A stretch of 64,000 nt of DNA from an uncultured Campylobacter sp. Its GTDB lineage: Bacteria > Campylobacterota > Campylobacteria > Campylobacterales > Campylobacteraceae. The notes below the pieces were generated by a model. That model had not been told where the DNA came from, ran no database searches, and worked only from the letters and a program-made list of their open reading frames with translations. Positions 42,023 through 50,448 of this stretch are shown piece after piece (the first letter of the stretch is position 1; every line of letters begins with the position of its first letter). The position numbers and the translations under genes are program-made. The DNA lies in the NCBI GenBank assembly GCA_963518965.1, contig CAUQMF010000001.1, forward strand, positions 1,141 to 65,140, given 5' to 3'.

Positions 42023-43107
42023 AAGATAAAAAAATCAAAATCCTAGTTATGAAATTTAGAAACATCGGCGACGTGTTACTCACGACTCCGCTCGTCGAAA
42101 ACCTGCGCCGCATCTACCCTGACGCGCAGATAGATTTCGCGCTAAACAAGGGCACCGAGGCGATGATCGAGGGCAACCCGAACATCCAAAACATCCACAT
42201 CTACGACCGTGCAAATATAAAAGAGGTCGGCTTTTTCAAACGGCTTTGGCGCGAGCTAAAGTTTATCCGCGCGATCAAAAAGCAAAAATACGACATCGCC
42301 GTGCAGACCACGACGGGCGACCGCGGCATCATCGTCGCCAAATACGCCAAGATAAAAACCATCGTGGGCTTTGAGGGTAAAAACAAGGCCGTAAATAAAA
42401 TAATCACGCATAAAGCCCCAAAAATAGGCGGTCTGCGCCACACCGTGGATCGCAATCTAGACGCCCTGGCCGCGCTCGGGCTTGAGCCTAGCGGCAAAAG
42501 AGTTAGCGTGTATTTTGATCCAGAGTGCATCAATCATCTAAATTTGCCGCCTAAATTTATCCACGTGCACCTAACTAGCCGATGGATGTTTAAGTGCGCG
42601 GACGACGAAACTATGGCCGCGATAATCGACTTTTGCGAAGGCCTTGGCGCACGGGTCGTGCTAACGGCCGACAACAACGACGCCGAGCTAAAAAAGCTAG
42701 ACGACGTGCTGGCGCTGTGCTCCTCTAGCCCCGTAAATCTAGGCGGCAAACTCACCCTAAAGCAGACTGCCGCGCTCTCGAAGCGCTCCGCGATGTTTAT
42801 CGGCGTGGATACGGCGATCATGCATCTAGCCGCAGCCAACGACGTGCCCGTGATCGCGCTGTTTGGGCCTAGCGGGGCGTTTGAGTGGGGGCCGTGGGAT
42901 AACGATCTAGACGCAAACGGCTACACGCAGCGCAACGGCAACCAAACTATGGGCAAGCACGCGATATTTCAAAAGGACTGGGACTTCGTGCCGTGCGACA
43001 AAGAGGGGATGATAAAGCACGGCGTGGAGCGGACGCTGATGAGATTTGAGGGCGAGGAGCTGGAGGCGATAAAGAGCAAAATCAGGGAAAATTTGAGCCA
43101 GAGCTAA
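42019..43107 (+). CDS. GT9 heptosyltransferase-family protein (RfaQ/heptosyltransferase III-like)
   Basis: Start set to ATG 42019 (ATGA overlap). KILVMKFRNIGDVLLTTP and GVDTAIMHLAAA motifs. Confidence 0.8.
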   Translation: MKDKKIKILVMKFRNIGDVLLTTPLVENLRRIYPDAQIDFALNKGTEAMIEGNPNIQNIHIYDRANIKEVGFFKRLWRELKFIRAIKKQKYDIAVQTTTGDRGIIVAKYAKIKTIVGFEGKNKAVNKIITHKAPKIGGLRHTVDRNLDALAALGLEPSGKRVSVYFDPECINHLNLPPKFIHVHLTSRWMFKCADDETMAAIIDFCEGLGARVVLTADNNDAELKKLDDVLALCSSSPVNLGGKLTLKQTAALSKRSAMFIGVDTAIMHLAAANDVPVIALFGPSGAFEWGPWDNDLDANGYTQRNGNQTMGKHAIFQKDWDFVPCDKEGMIKHGVERTLMRFEGEELEAIKSKIRENLSQS

Positions 43108-43187
43108 GCGCGCTTTGTAAAATTCGGCTGTTTTGGCTAAATTTTACGGACAAATTTGAGCCGCGAGAGGTAAGCTTGGCTGCTTTG

Positions 43188-43267
43188 GTCAAATTTGACG
43201 ATCAAATTTATCGGCCGGGCTTGTCATAAAGTCGAATTTGATTTGAACGCCGGCCGTCAAATTTGAC
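43188..43267. repeat. two perfect 12-bp palindromes GTCAAATTTGAC flanking a 7-bp GC stem
   Basis: GTCAAATTTGAC at 43188-43199 and 43256-43267. CGGCCGG (43212-43218) pairs with CCGGCCG (43250-43256). Lies in the convergent intergenic region. Confidence 0.7.
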
Positions 43268-43322
43268 CTTCTTGATTTTATAAATTTGGGCGCTTAAATT
43301 TGACGCCTAAGCCTTCTTTTCG

Positions 43323-43742
43323 TTAAACATGTATGAGATCACGAAAACGAGCAAACAAACGGGCGCGAACGCAAATGCAAAGGCCGCGCTCCGGCCGCTC
43401 GTATTGTTGCTCCGAATATCCCGCCGCCAAATACGCCCAAAACCCGCAGCCAAAAGCGCCGAGCGATAAATTTTCTACCGCAAAAAGCAGTAAACTAAGA
43501 TTTGGATTTTTAACAAAAAGCTTGCTTAGCTTAAAATTTTTATACCTTTTGAACAAATACCAAAACAGCGCGCAAGCCATAATCGCAAATATTGCGATAA
43601 AAACGGCAATCCTTAGCGCACCATCCAAAGGCAAAACCTCTAAAATCAATGCCGCCGTCCACCAAGCAAGTAAAAAAACTATCGGCACCGCTAGCAAATA
43701 CCTCGCCGCCCTGTGAAATTTATACCTTTGTTCTGTGTTCAT
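43323..43742 (-). CDS. hypothetical small membrane protein
   Basis: 139 aa with 3-4 hydrophobic helices, co-directional with the waaL-like operon. Preferred over the overlapping + strand ORF, which is low-complexity and basic. Confidence 0.45.
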   Translation of the reverse strand: MNTEQRYKFHRAARYLLAVPIVFLLAWWTAALILEVLPLDGALRIAVFIAIFAIMACALFWYLFKRYKNFKLSKLFVKNPNLSLLLFAVENLSLGAFGCGFWAYLAAGYSEQQYERPERGLCICVRARLFARFRDLIHV

Positions 43743-43789
43743 CGGTCTTAAGTCCCTTAAATTTTTTAATGAAATTAATATTAGAGAAT

Positions 43790-44548
43790 TTAGCGCCTCT
43801 CTATATCTCTACCGCCCAAATAATATTTTTCCAGCGGATAATTTAAATTCCCGCAGTTATCAAATTTAAAACCTTTTCCTATTCCCGCTACAGCATTTTT
43901 TCTCTCTTTATAGTATTTCTTGATAATATTAAAATTTTTTATTGTATCGCACAGATACTCCGAATGGTTAAATTGCATATAATTGCCGTTAAATATAGCA
44001 AATTTATCAAGGAACAAAGTGCCTGTAGTGTCTTTATCACCACCACCGATCCTAATTATCGGCCTATCAAGCCCCAGACTTACGCCATCCGGAGATATTT
44101 TTAGATATTTTTTAGGATCGGTTTTTTTAGCCTTTAGCTCTTTCATCAGTATCTCCTCGGTCGTTTTTCCCTCTTGATAATATTTTTCTAATACTTCAAA
44201 ACAATTCGATAAGTTTATATTTTCTAGTTCGTAGTATGCAACTTCGTATTTGCTAGACCAAAGGCTACCATAGGTTTTCAACCTATAAGCATCGATCATT
44301 TGGTATAATTTCACATTATTATCTAAATATGCTCCTCCCACTTTTTTATACAGCTCCTCTTTGGGTAAAATTCTATCCTCTTTTAGGCAGTATCCTTGCT
44401 TGTATTTGTTGTAGCCAAAAATAGTAACTAAAGCGAAGCCTCGCGAGGTGGAATAATCGGGCACGATGCGGATAAATGCAGCGCCAAGTATCGCCGCCAG
44501 AAGTAGCGCCGCGGCTAGGCTTTTAAATTTATGTTTAAGAAATTTCAT
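43790..44548 (-). CDS. hypothetical membrane-anchored/secreted protein
   Basis: 252 aa with N-terminal anchor KSLAAALLLAAILGAAFI. No motif I recognise. Visibly AT-rich compared with its flanks. Confidence 0.55.
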   Translation of the reverse strand: MKFLKHKFKSLAAALLLAAILGAAFIRIVPDYSTSRGFALVTIFGYNKYKQGYCLKEDRILPKEELYKKVGGAYLDNNVKLYQMIDAYRLKTYGSLWSSKYEVAYYELENINLSNCFEVLEKYYQEGKTTEEILMKELKAKKTDPKKYLKISPDGVSLGLDRPIIRIGGGDKDTTGTLFLDKFAIFNGNYMQFNHSEYLCDTIKNFNIIKKYYKERKNAVAGIGKGFKFDNCGNLNYPLEKYYLGGRDIERR

Positions 44549-44705
44549 AATGGGTCCTTTAAATGTCGCCAGCGAAGCAAACGCACGACCCGCCGCCGTG
44601 CGAAATTACGCCCGCTACTTCACGCCTTTTAAATTTGAGCCGAATGTACGCAGACCGAACCAAATCCGCCAAAATACCGAATTTTACTCAAATTTAGAGC
44701 AAATT

Positions 44706-45494
44706 TTACTTCTTTATCTTCGAGTATATCCCGCCCAAAAAATCGTTTTGATAGATAAAAAGCGTGCGTTTTAGCCACGCGGCGTCCTTTTTAGCGGCGA
44801 TGCGCTTGATAGCCGATAGGTCGCCGTCTGGTATGTTTATACCTCGCTGCGTCGTGAAAAACGCCTCGTATCCCGCCTGTCTAGCTAGACGCATCAAATT
44901 TTCGTCGTATTTGCCGCGCGGCCAGCATAAAAGCCCATCCTCGATGCCCAGATTTGCGCGCATAAACTCGCGGCACCGCACGAAATTTTCCTCAGGCGGG
45001 AGCGCGCCGAAATACTCGTCAAAATGCGTGTGCGTATGCGAGTGAAAGTCAAAAACGTCCCGCATCGCAACCATCTCGTCAAGGTTTAAAAACACGTCCT
45101 GCGGGCGCTGGGGCGCTGCTTTTTTGTATTCGGAGTGAGTTAGCTCGATAAACTCGCCTCGTCGCTCGCTCGCGCGCTCTATCCACTGCGTCACTAAAAA
45201 TATCGTCGCCCGCAGCCCAAACTCGCGCAAGACCTGGTAGGCATAGACGTAGTTATCCTTCCAGCCGTCGTCAAAGGTGATGAGGACGCTTTTTTTAGGC
45301 ACGGCTAGCTCGCCCCTTTTATAGGCGATAAATTCGCTCATCGTGAGCGTTTTGTAGCCCGCCTCGGCAAGAAATCTCATCTGCGAGGCAAAATCCTCTA
45401 CGCTAGAGGCGATAAATCCGCCCTTTTTTAAAACGTGATGATACATCAAAACGCTAACGCTCAACGCCGCCTCCTTTAGCTCCCGTCCGCGCAA
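44706..45494 (-). CDS. polysaccharide deacetylase (NodB homology domain, CE4)
   Basis: VLMYHHV, ITFDDGWKDNY and HSHTHTH metal/catalytic motifs. Start may be at M17 (45446). Confidence 0.85.
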   Translation of the reverse strand: MRGRELKEAALSVSVLMYHHVLKKGGFIASSVEDFASQMRFLAEAGYKTLTMSEFIAYKRGELAVPKKSVLITFDDGWKDNYVYAYQVLREFGLRATIFLVTQWIERASERRGEFIELTHSEYKKAAPQRPQDVFLNLDEMVAMRDVFDFHSHTHTHFDEYFGALPPEENFVRCREFMRANLGIEDGLLCWPRGKYDENLMRLARQAGYEAFFTTQRGINIPDGDLSAIKRIAAKKDAAWLKRTLFIYQNDFLGGIYSKIKK

Positions 45495-46818
45495 CTAGCA
45501 AGACGAAAAATCCAAGCATATAAAACATATAAAGTATGCGTAAATTTATCGCTTCAAACAGCCCGCGCACGCCGAAATAACACGCTAGCGAGATAAAAAT
45601 CGCCGCAAAAAGCAGCTCGCGCGAGCGCAAAAAATGCCTAAACGAATACGCTAAAAGCGAGATAAAACCGCCAAGTAGCAGCACCGTACCGACCGCGCCG
45701 TAGTAGTAGTAGTGCCCGATAAAAAACGGCTCGTCGTTAAACCAGTACCGCTCGCCGCCCGGCCGCGTCTGCATCATCGAGATATGTGCGCCTTTGTCCG
45801 CCTCGTCGCGCAAAAATGCGTCGTACTGCTCCTTGCCGTATCCAAGCCCGGTTAGCGCGCGCGGACTCGCAAAAAGTAGCGGCAAGCGCTCCTTTAAAAT
45901 CAAATCGCGCCCCGAGCTAAAGCCCGCACCCGCGATACGCTCTCTCATACTCTCGTTTTCGAGGTTTGCCTCGCTCACTAGCCCGATCTGGAAAAATTTA
46001 TACAACGCCGTGGGCGAACTCAAAACCGCCGCCGACGCGCCCGCGACGCAAACGGCAAAGATAACGGCAAAGAGTTTAAATTTACGCTTCGCCTCGCCGC
46101 CTAAGATATACAAACAAAAACCAAACATAATAAAACAAGCCAGCATCGCCCCCCAGCTGCCCCTAACGCCGCTCAAAATATCAAGCCCTACGGCCGCCAG
46201 ACAAAGCACGCCGCACGCGACTCGCGCCCAAAGCCGCCTAAAGATAAAAACTCCCGCCAGCACAAAAGGCAAAAATCTATCCACGTAGTCCGCGTACGCT
46301 CGGCGCACGACTCGCGAGTCAAATTCGCCCGCGCTACCAAGCCTCTCAAACTCGCTAAAAAGCGGCGCGGCGTAATAAATGCTAATAACCGCAAAGGCCG
46401 CTATCAGCGCGTAAAAAAATAATTTTGCTTGAGCGGTCTCGCCGTTTGCCGCGACGTAGACGATGAGCAAAAAAGCAAATCCGCGCCCAAACTCGCCCGC
46501 AGCGTTGCCCAGCGAATCAAACTGCGGCGCGTAGGGAAAGGCGGAGATCAAAAACGCGTAAAAGGTGAATGCGATAAGGCAAAACGCGGGCGAGCGAGAA
46601 AGGCTGAAATTTACGCCGACCCTTGCGGCAAATCGCGTCCTGTCCGTGAAATAAAGCCAGATCGCGCAAACAAGCGCAAGATAAAGCGAGATGTTTTTCG
46701 CCGCCGTCATACGCGGAACATGCTCGCAAGCGATAAAAACGCAAACGAGGTATAAAGCGGCGTTTTGTAGGCGGTTTTGCAGTTTCGTCATTTTCTCCCT
46801 TAAATTTAAAGCGCCCAT
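45454..46818 (-). CDS. O-antigen ligase family protein (Wzy_C domain; WaaL- or PglL-type)
   Basis: 454 aa, about 10-12 TMs. SGVRGSWGAML motif and a large loop with GRDLILKERLPLL...GLGYG, typical of Wzy_C proteins. Confidence 0.7.
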   Translation of the reverse strand: MGALNLREKMTKLQNRLQNAALYLVCVFIACEHVPRMTAAKNISLYLALVCAIWLYFTDRTRFAARVGVNFSLSRSPAFCLIAFTFYAFLISAFPYAPQFDSLGNAAGEFGRGFAFLLIVYVAANGETAQAKLFFYALIAAFAVISIYYAAPLFSEFERLGSAGEFDSRVVRRAYADYVDRFLPFVLAGVFIFRRLWARVACGVLCLAAVGLDILSGVRGSWGAMLACFIMFGFCLYILGGEAKRKFKLFAVIFAVCVAGASAAVLSSPTALYKFFQIGLVSEANLENESMRERIAGAGFSSGRDLILKERLPLLFASPRALTGLGYGKEQYDAFLRDEADKGAHISMMQTRPGGERYWFNDEPFFIGHYYYYGAVGTVLLLGGFISLLAYSFRHFLRSRELLFAAIFISLACYFGVRGLFEAINLRILYMFYMLGFFVLLVARTGAKGGGVER

Positions 46819-47001
46819 TATAACGATAAAATCATTAAAATCCAGTAAGCGATTTTTAGTCGAATTTTAGCCCGCGCTCGCTCAAAAATGTCCGTAAATT
46901 TATAAATTTATGCTAAATTTAGGCTAAATTTTTACAGAATAAAGGCCTAAATTTTGATATATTTTCTCATATATTTGCTGATTTACCCATATCTTTTCGC
47001 G

Positions 47002-48243
47002 ATGAAAAAGCTAAAATTTAAAGGCGAAAAAGGCAAAATTTTACTCATACAAACCGCTAAAATCGGCGACTACGCAAACTCGACCGTGATCTTTGAAAAG
47101 CTGGGCAAATTTGACGCGCTAATCGACGAGATAAACCTAGCCTTCGCAAAACGCGACAGCCGAATAGAAAAAATATTTACGATAAACGGCGTAAAACGCA
47201 AAAAAACCTCAAAAATAGGGCTCGCGCTCGAGCTTTTTTCGCGCAACTACGAGAGCGTCTACGTGCTGATGCCAAACAGCCTAAATCTCTTTTTAGCGCG
47301 CTGCACGTTAGCCAAAAATATCGTCGCCGTGCACCACTACGCGGCATCTAGCGACTTTGCCCTGCTGGCGCTCGGTATGAAAAAAGTGCCGCATACTTTG
47401 CAAGACCTCACGCTGCTAACCTACCTAAAAACGGCCGGCGTTACCGAGCTAAAATATGAAAAATGCTTACAAAAACCGCTCTTTATCCCGCAAGAAAACT
47501 TCGTAAAAAGCGGCAAATTTAAGATCGGCGTGAGCCTAAGCGCAGGCAATAAAATGAAAACTCCGCCAAAACATACTTGGGAAAAAATCTTTGAAATTTT
47601 CGCTAAATTTGACTGCGAGGTTTACATTTTCGGCGTCGGCGAAGAGGCTGCGCTGCTACAAAACCTGCTCGCGGAAAATGCGGACGAAAAGCGTACGGAG
47701 AATTTAAACGAACGGCAAATTTACGCGAATTTGGCCGCTATCGATACGAGCGAAATTTACGGCGGTCTTGAAAATACAAACGAAAAGCAGACAAAAGCTC
47801 AAATTTGTAGCGAAAACAGTACTGGCGGCGAGTCAAATTTAAGCTCGCAAATTTGCGATACTTACGTAAAAAAATTCGCCCAAAACGAGCTAAAAATCAT
47901 CTCCTTAATCGATAAAATCAAGCTTGAGGAGTTGCCGTTTTACCTCTCGCAGATGCAGCTTTACGCGAGCTCGGATACCGGCAACTACTACGTCGCGGAC
48001 AGCGTTCGCACGCCCACGATCTGCCTTATGGGGCCTTGTTTTGCCAGCGAGCAAAGGGGCGTCGCCGACTCGCTCGTGATAACCTCGCATTTGCCGCCAG
48101 TTAGCTCCGTGTTTAAAACCGTGCGTGACATCGACGCGAGCGCGTTTTTCGAGCTGGGCGAACAAAACCTCGCAGACATCGAGGCCTTCGTCAAAGTTCG
48201 CTATATATCCTATCTATCCCGCGAAGATAATTTTCTATGCTAA
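47002..48243 (+). CDS. GT9 heptosyltransferase-family protein with an internal insertion
   Basis: ILLIQTAKIGDYANS N-terminal motif and SSDTGNYYVAD C-terminal motif. Start trimmed to ATG 47002. Confidence 0.7.
   Translation: MKKLKFKGEKGKILLIQTAKIGDYANSTVIFEKLGKFDALIDEINLAFAKRDSRIEKIFTINGVKRKKTSKIGLALELFSRNYESVYVLMPNSLNLFLARCTLAKNIVAVHHYAASSDFALLALGMKKVPHTLQDLTLLTYLKTAGVTELKYEKCLQKPLFIPQENFVKSGKFKIGVSLSAGNKMKTPPKHTWEKIFEIFAKFDCEVYIFGVGEEAALLQNLLAENADEKRTENLNERQIYANLAAIDTSEIYGGLENTNEKQTKAQICSENSTGGESNLSSQICDTYVKKFAQNELKIISLIDKIKLEELPFYLSQMQLYASSDTGNYYVADSVRTPTICLMGPCFASEQRGVADSLVITSHLPPVSSVFKTVRDIDASAFFELGEQNLADIEAFVKVRYISYLSREDNFLC
47674..47890 (+). repeat. in-frame AAATTT-rich insertion inside the GT9 gene
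   Basis: About 72 codons of hydrophilic low-complexity sequence between GVGEEAALLQNLL and IISLIDKIKLEELP. At least 7 AAATTT/GAATTT/AAATTC sites in about 216 nt. Confidence 0.45.
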
Positions 48244-49378
48244 AGGCCTCTATAACGGCATCGTCGGGGCTTTTTGAGGCTGGCTTGCGCAAGCTCTCAA
48301 AGCAGGCTAAAAGCGCGTCAGAGCTTCTTTGAACTATAAAAAAATCTTGCTTTTTCGAGGATATTTCATAAATCTCCCTTATGACGGCGATGTCTGAATA
48401 CACCACGCCAAGCCCGCAGCCAAGCGCCTCGATGACGACTCTAGGCAGCCCCTCGTCGCTGGAAAATCCAAGCACGTAGTCGCACGCTGCATAAATCTCG
48501 TCCATCTTGGAAACAAAGCCCAGATACTCGACCTTGCCCGATTTTATCAGCGCGTCAAATTTGGCTTTCGCGCCCGCTTTTAGCTCGCCTCCGCCCGCGA
48601 AATAAACCTTTACATCGCTTCTTTTTAGTCCCGCAAGCGCGTCAAAAACAAGCTCGTGCCCCTTTAGCGTCAAGAAATTTGCGGGCATTACGATATTTAT
48701 TTTTTCAGCGTCAAATTTGGCTTTTAGGGCGGCGCTTTTATCGTCGCCGCTATCTTTTAAATTTGTCTGCGAGAGGCTTAAATTTTCGCTCGCTTCAGAC
48801 TTTTCCCGCCTTAAAATAGGCGCCTCCACGGGATTATAAACCACGTTTTTAGGCATTTTTATCTGCGCGGCATAAAATTCGTAAGTAGCGTTTGAAACGC
48901 AAACGGGCGTAAATTTTAGCCGCTTTAAAATTTCAAGCTTAAAGGGCTCGACGGCCGAGTTTTTACGCAGGTGCTGTACTACCGCGATATTTAGGGCATT
49001 TGCGGCGGCGATATAAGAGAGATTGGTTGAAAAGTGATTATTTAGATGAAGGATATCTGGCCGCACTTGCCGCAGCAAGCAAAGCGCGTAGTCGTAGTCT
49101 TTTTTATAAAGGTATTTTGCTAAAATTTGACCGCCCAGCGCGCGCAAAAGCTCTTTTTTTAGCTTTGAGGGCTGCTTTTTTGGCTCAAAATTTATAAATT
49201 TAGCCCCGGCTTCTTCGATGATTTGCGAGATTTTGCGTCCGCCCGCCTCGTAATCAGTCTCAAAAAACGCGCAAAGCTCGCACTTTTGCTGCGCGGTAAG
49301 CCCACGCAAAAGATACAAAAAACTCTTCGTTCCGCCGCCGTATTCGCGCCCCGTATCGACGAACAAAATCTTTTTCAT
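48191..49378 (-). CDS. GT4 glycosyltransferase
   Basis: ILFVDTGREYGGGTKS N-terminus and SSDEGLPRVVIEA (EX7E region). 395 aa. Confidence 0.8.
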   Translation of the reverse strand: MKKILFVDTGREYGGGTKSFLYLLRGLTAQQKCELCAFFETDYEAGGRKISQIIEEAGAKFINFEPKKQPSKLKKELLRALGGQILAKYLYKKDYDYALCLLRQVRPDILHLNNHFSTNLSYIAAANALNIAVVQHLRKNSAVEPFKLEILKRLKFTPVCVSNATYEFYAAQIKMPKNVVYNPVEAPILRREKSEASENLSLSQTNLKDSGDDKSAALKAKFDAEKINIVMPANFLTLKGHELVFDALAGLKRSDVKVYFAGGGELKAGAKAKFDALIKSGKVEYLGFVSKMDEIYAACDYVLGFSSDEGLPRVVIEALGCGLGVVYSDIAVIREIYEISSKKQDFFIVQRSSDALLACFESLRKPASKSPDDAVIEAFSIENYLRGIDRIYSEL

Positions 49379-50448
49379 ATCATTTCCTTTAGCATCTCCC
49401 AGACTTCATCCGCCCCTATTTGCAGCATGCACTCCTGAAATTTGCAGTTTTTACCGACGCAAGGAGAACAGGTGCGCGGCTTTTTGATAAATTTATGGAT
49501 ATTTTCGTCAAAATCCGGATTTGAGTTCACGGGCGAAGCGACGGCAAAAAGCCCGATCGTAGGCGTTTTTAGCGCGGCTGCGACGTGCAGCGGGCCGGTA
49601 TCGGGCGTGACAAGCACGTCAAGCCTAGCTACCAGCGCGGCGGCCTCCCTCAGACTAAATTTACCCGCCGCATCTATCACGTGCGCGCTTCTTAACTCCT
49701 CGTCTAACTGCGCGGTCATCGCTCGCTCGGCGGGGCTGCCCGTTAGCACGATGACGGCGTCCGTGCGCTCCAAAATAATTCCCGCCAGCTCCCGCCAACG
49801 CTGCCAAAACCACTGCCTGGAAACCGTGCTAGCCCCCATCTGAAAGCCGATAAATTTGCGTTTGCCGTCTTTTTTTAGCATTTCATCGACGCGGGCGAAA
49901 TCCTCATCGCGCAGATACAAATTTAGCCTCGTGTCGCGACTTTTGATGCCTACGAATTTAAGCTGCTCGAGGCGGTTTAGCACTACGTACCTCTCATCTC
50001 CGTAAGGCTCGGGCGCGTTTGAGTGAAAGGGGCTAAATTTACTGCCGGCATTTGGCAGCTTAAAAACGTATTTCGCTCCGCTTAAAACTGCTAGCGGAGT
50101 GGCCTCCGGTTCGTTTGAGTGCAGGATAAAAACTATGTCGGGTTTTACTTTTTTCAAAGCAAACAAGGCGCGCAAAAAGCCGCCTTTTTTGCCGTCATAA
50201 AGCAAAATTTCGTCGATATTCGGATCTGTTTTAAAAAGCGGCGCGGTAGATGGATTTAGTAGCGCGACGGTGCGTACGTGCGGGAAATTTTGCCGAAAGA
50301 CGCGAAAAACAGGCGTATTAAAAATCGTATCGCCAAGCGCGGTGTTGCTAAAAAAACAGACCGTTTGTAGGGGCTGCGTAACCAGCTGCGTTTTGCGCAC
50401 GCTTTTAAAGCGCAAAATGAGCCGCGCCGCGCTCTCAAAGAGCTTCAT
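49375..50448 (-). CDS. GT9 heptosyltransferase-family protein
   Basis: FFSNTALGDTIFNTP and TPDTGPLHVAAA motifs. 357 aa. Confidence 0.8.
   Translation of the reverse strand: MKLFESAARLILRFKSVRKTQLVTQPLQTVCFFSNTALGDTIFNTPVFRVFRQNFPHVRTVALLNPSTAPLFKTDPNIDEILLYDGKKGGFLRALFALKKVKPDIVFILHSNEPEATPLAVLSGAKYVFKLPNAGSKFSPFHSNAPEPYGDERYVVLNRLEQLKFVGIKSRDTRLNLYLRDEDFARVDEMLKKDGKRKFIGFQMGASTVSRQWFWQRWRELAGIILERTDAVIVLTGSPAERAMTAQLDEELRSAHVIDAAGKFSLREAAALVARLDVLVTPDTGPLHVAAALKTPTIGLFAVASPVNSNPDFDENIHKFIKKPRTCSPCVGKNCKFQECMLQIGADEVWEMLKEMI

Noticed and set aside
43333-43716. 127-aa + strand ORF overlapping the 139-aa reverse-strand ORF
   Set aside because: The translation is highly basic and low-complexity (RKRANKRARTQMQRPRSGRS...). 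The reverse-strand frame gives plausible TM helices and fits the operon orientation. Even so, the reverse-strand call is only moderate confidence.
45794-46288. 164-aa + strand ORF
   Set aside because: It is antisense to the O-antigen-ligase-family gene, with Ser/Pro/Lys/Ala-rich low-complexity translation. The reverse-strand ORF has coherent TM architecture and family motifs.
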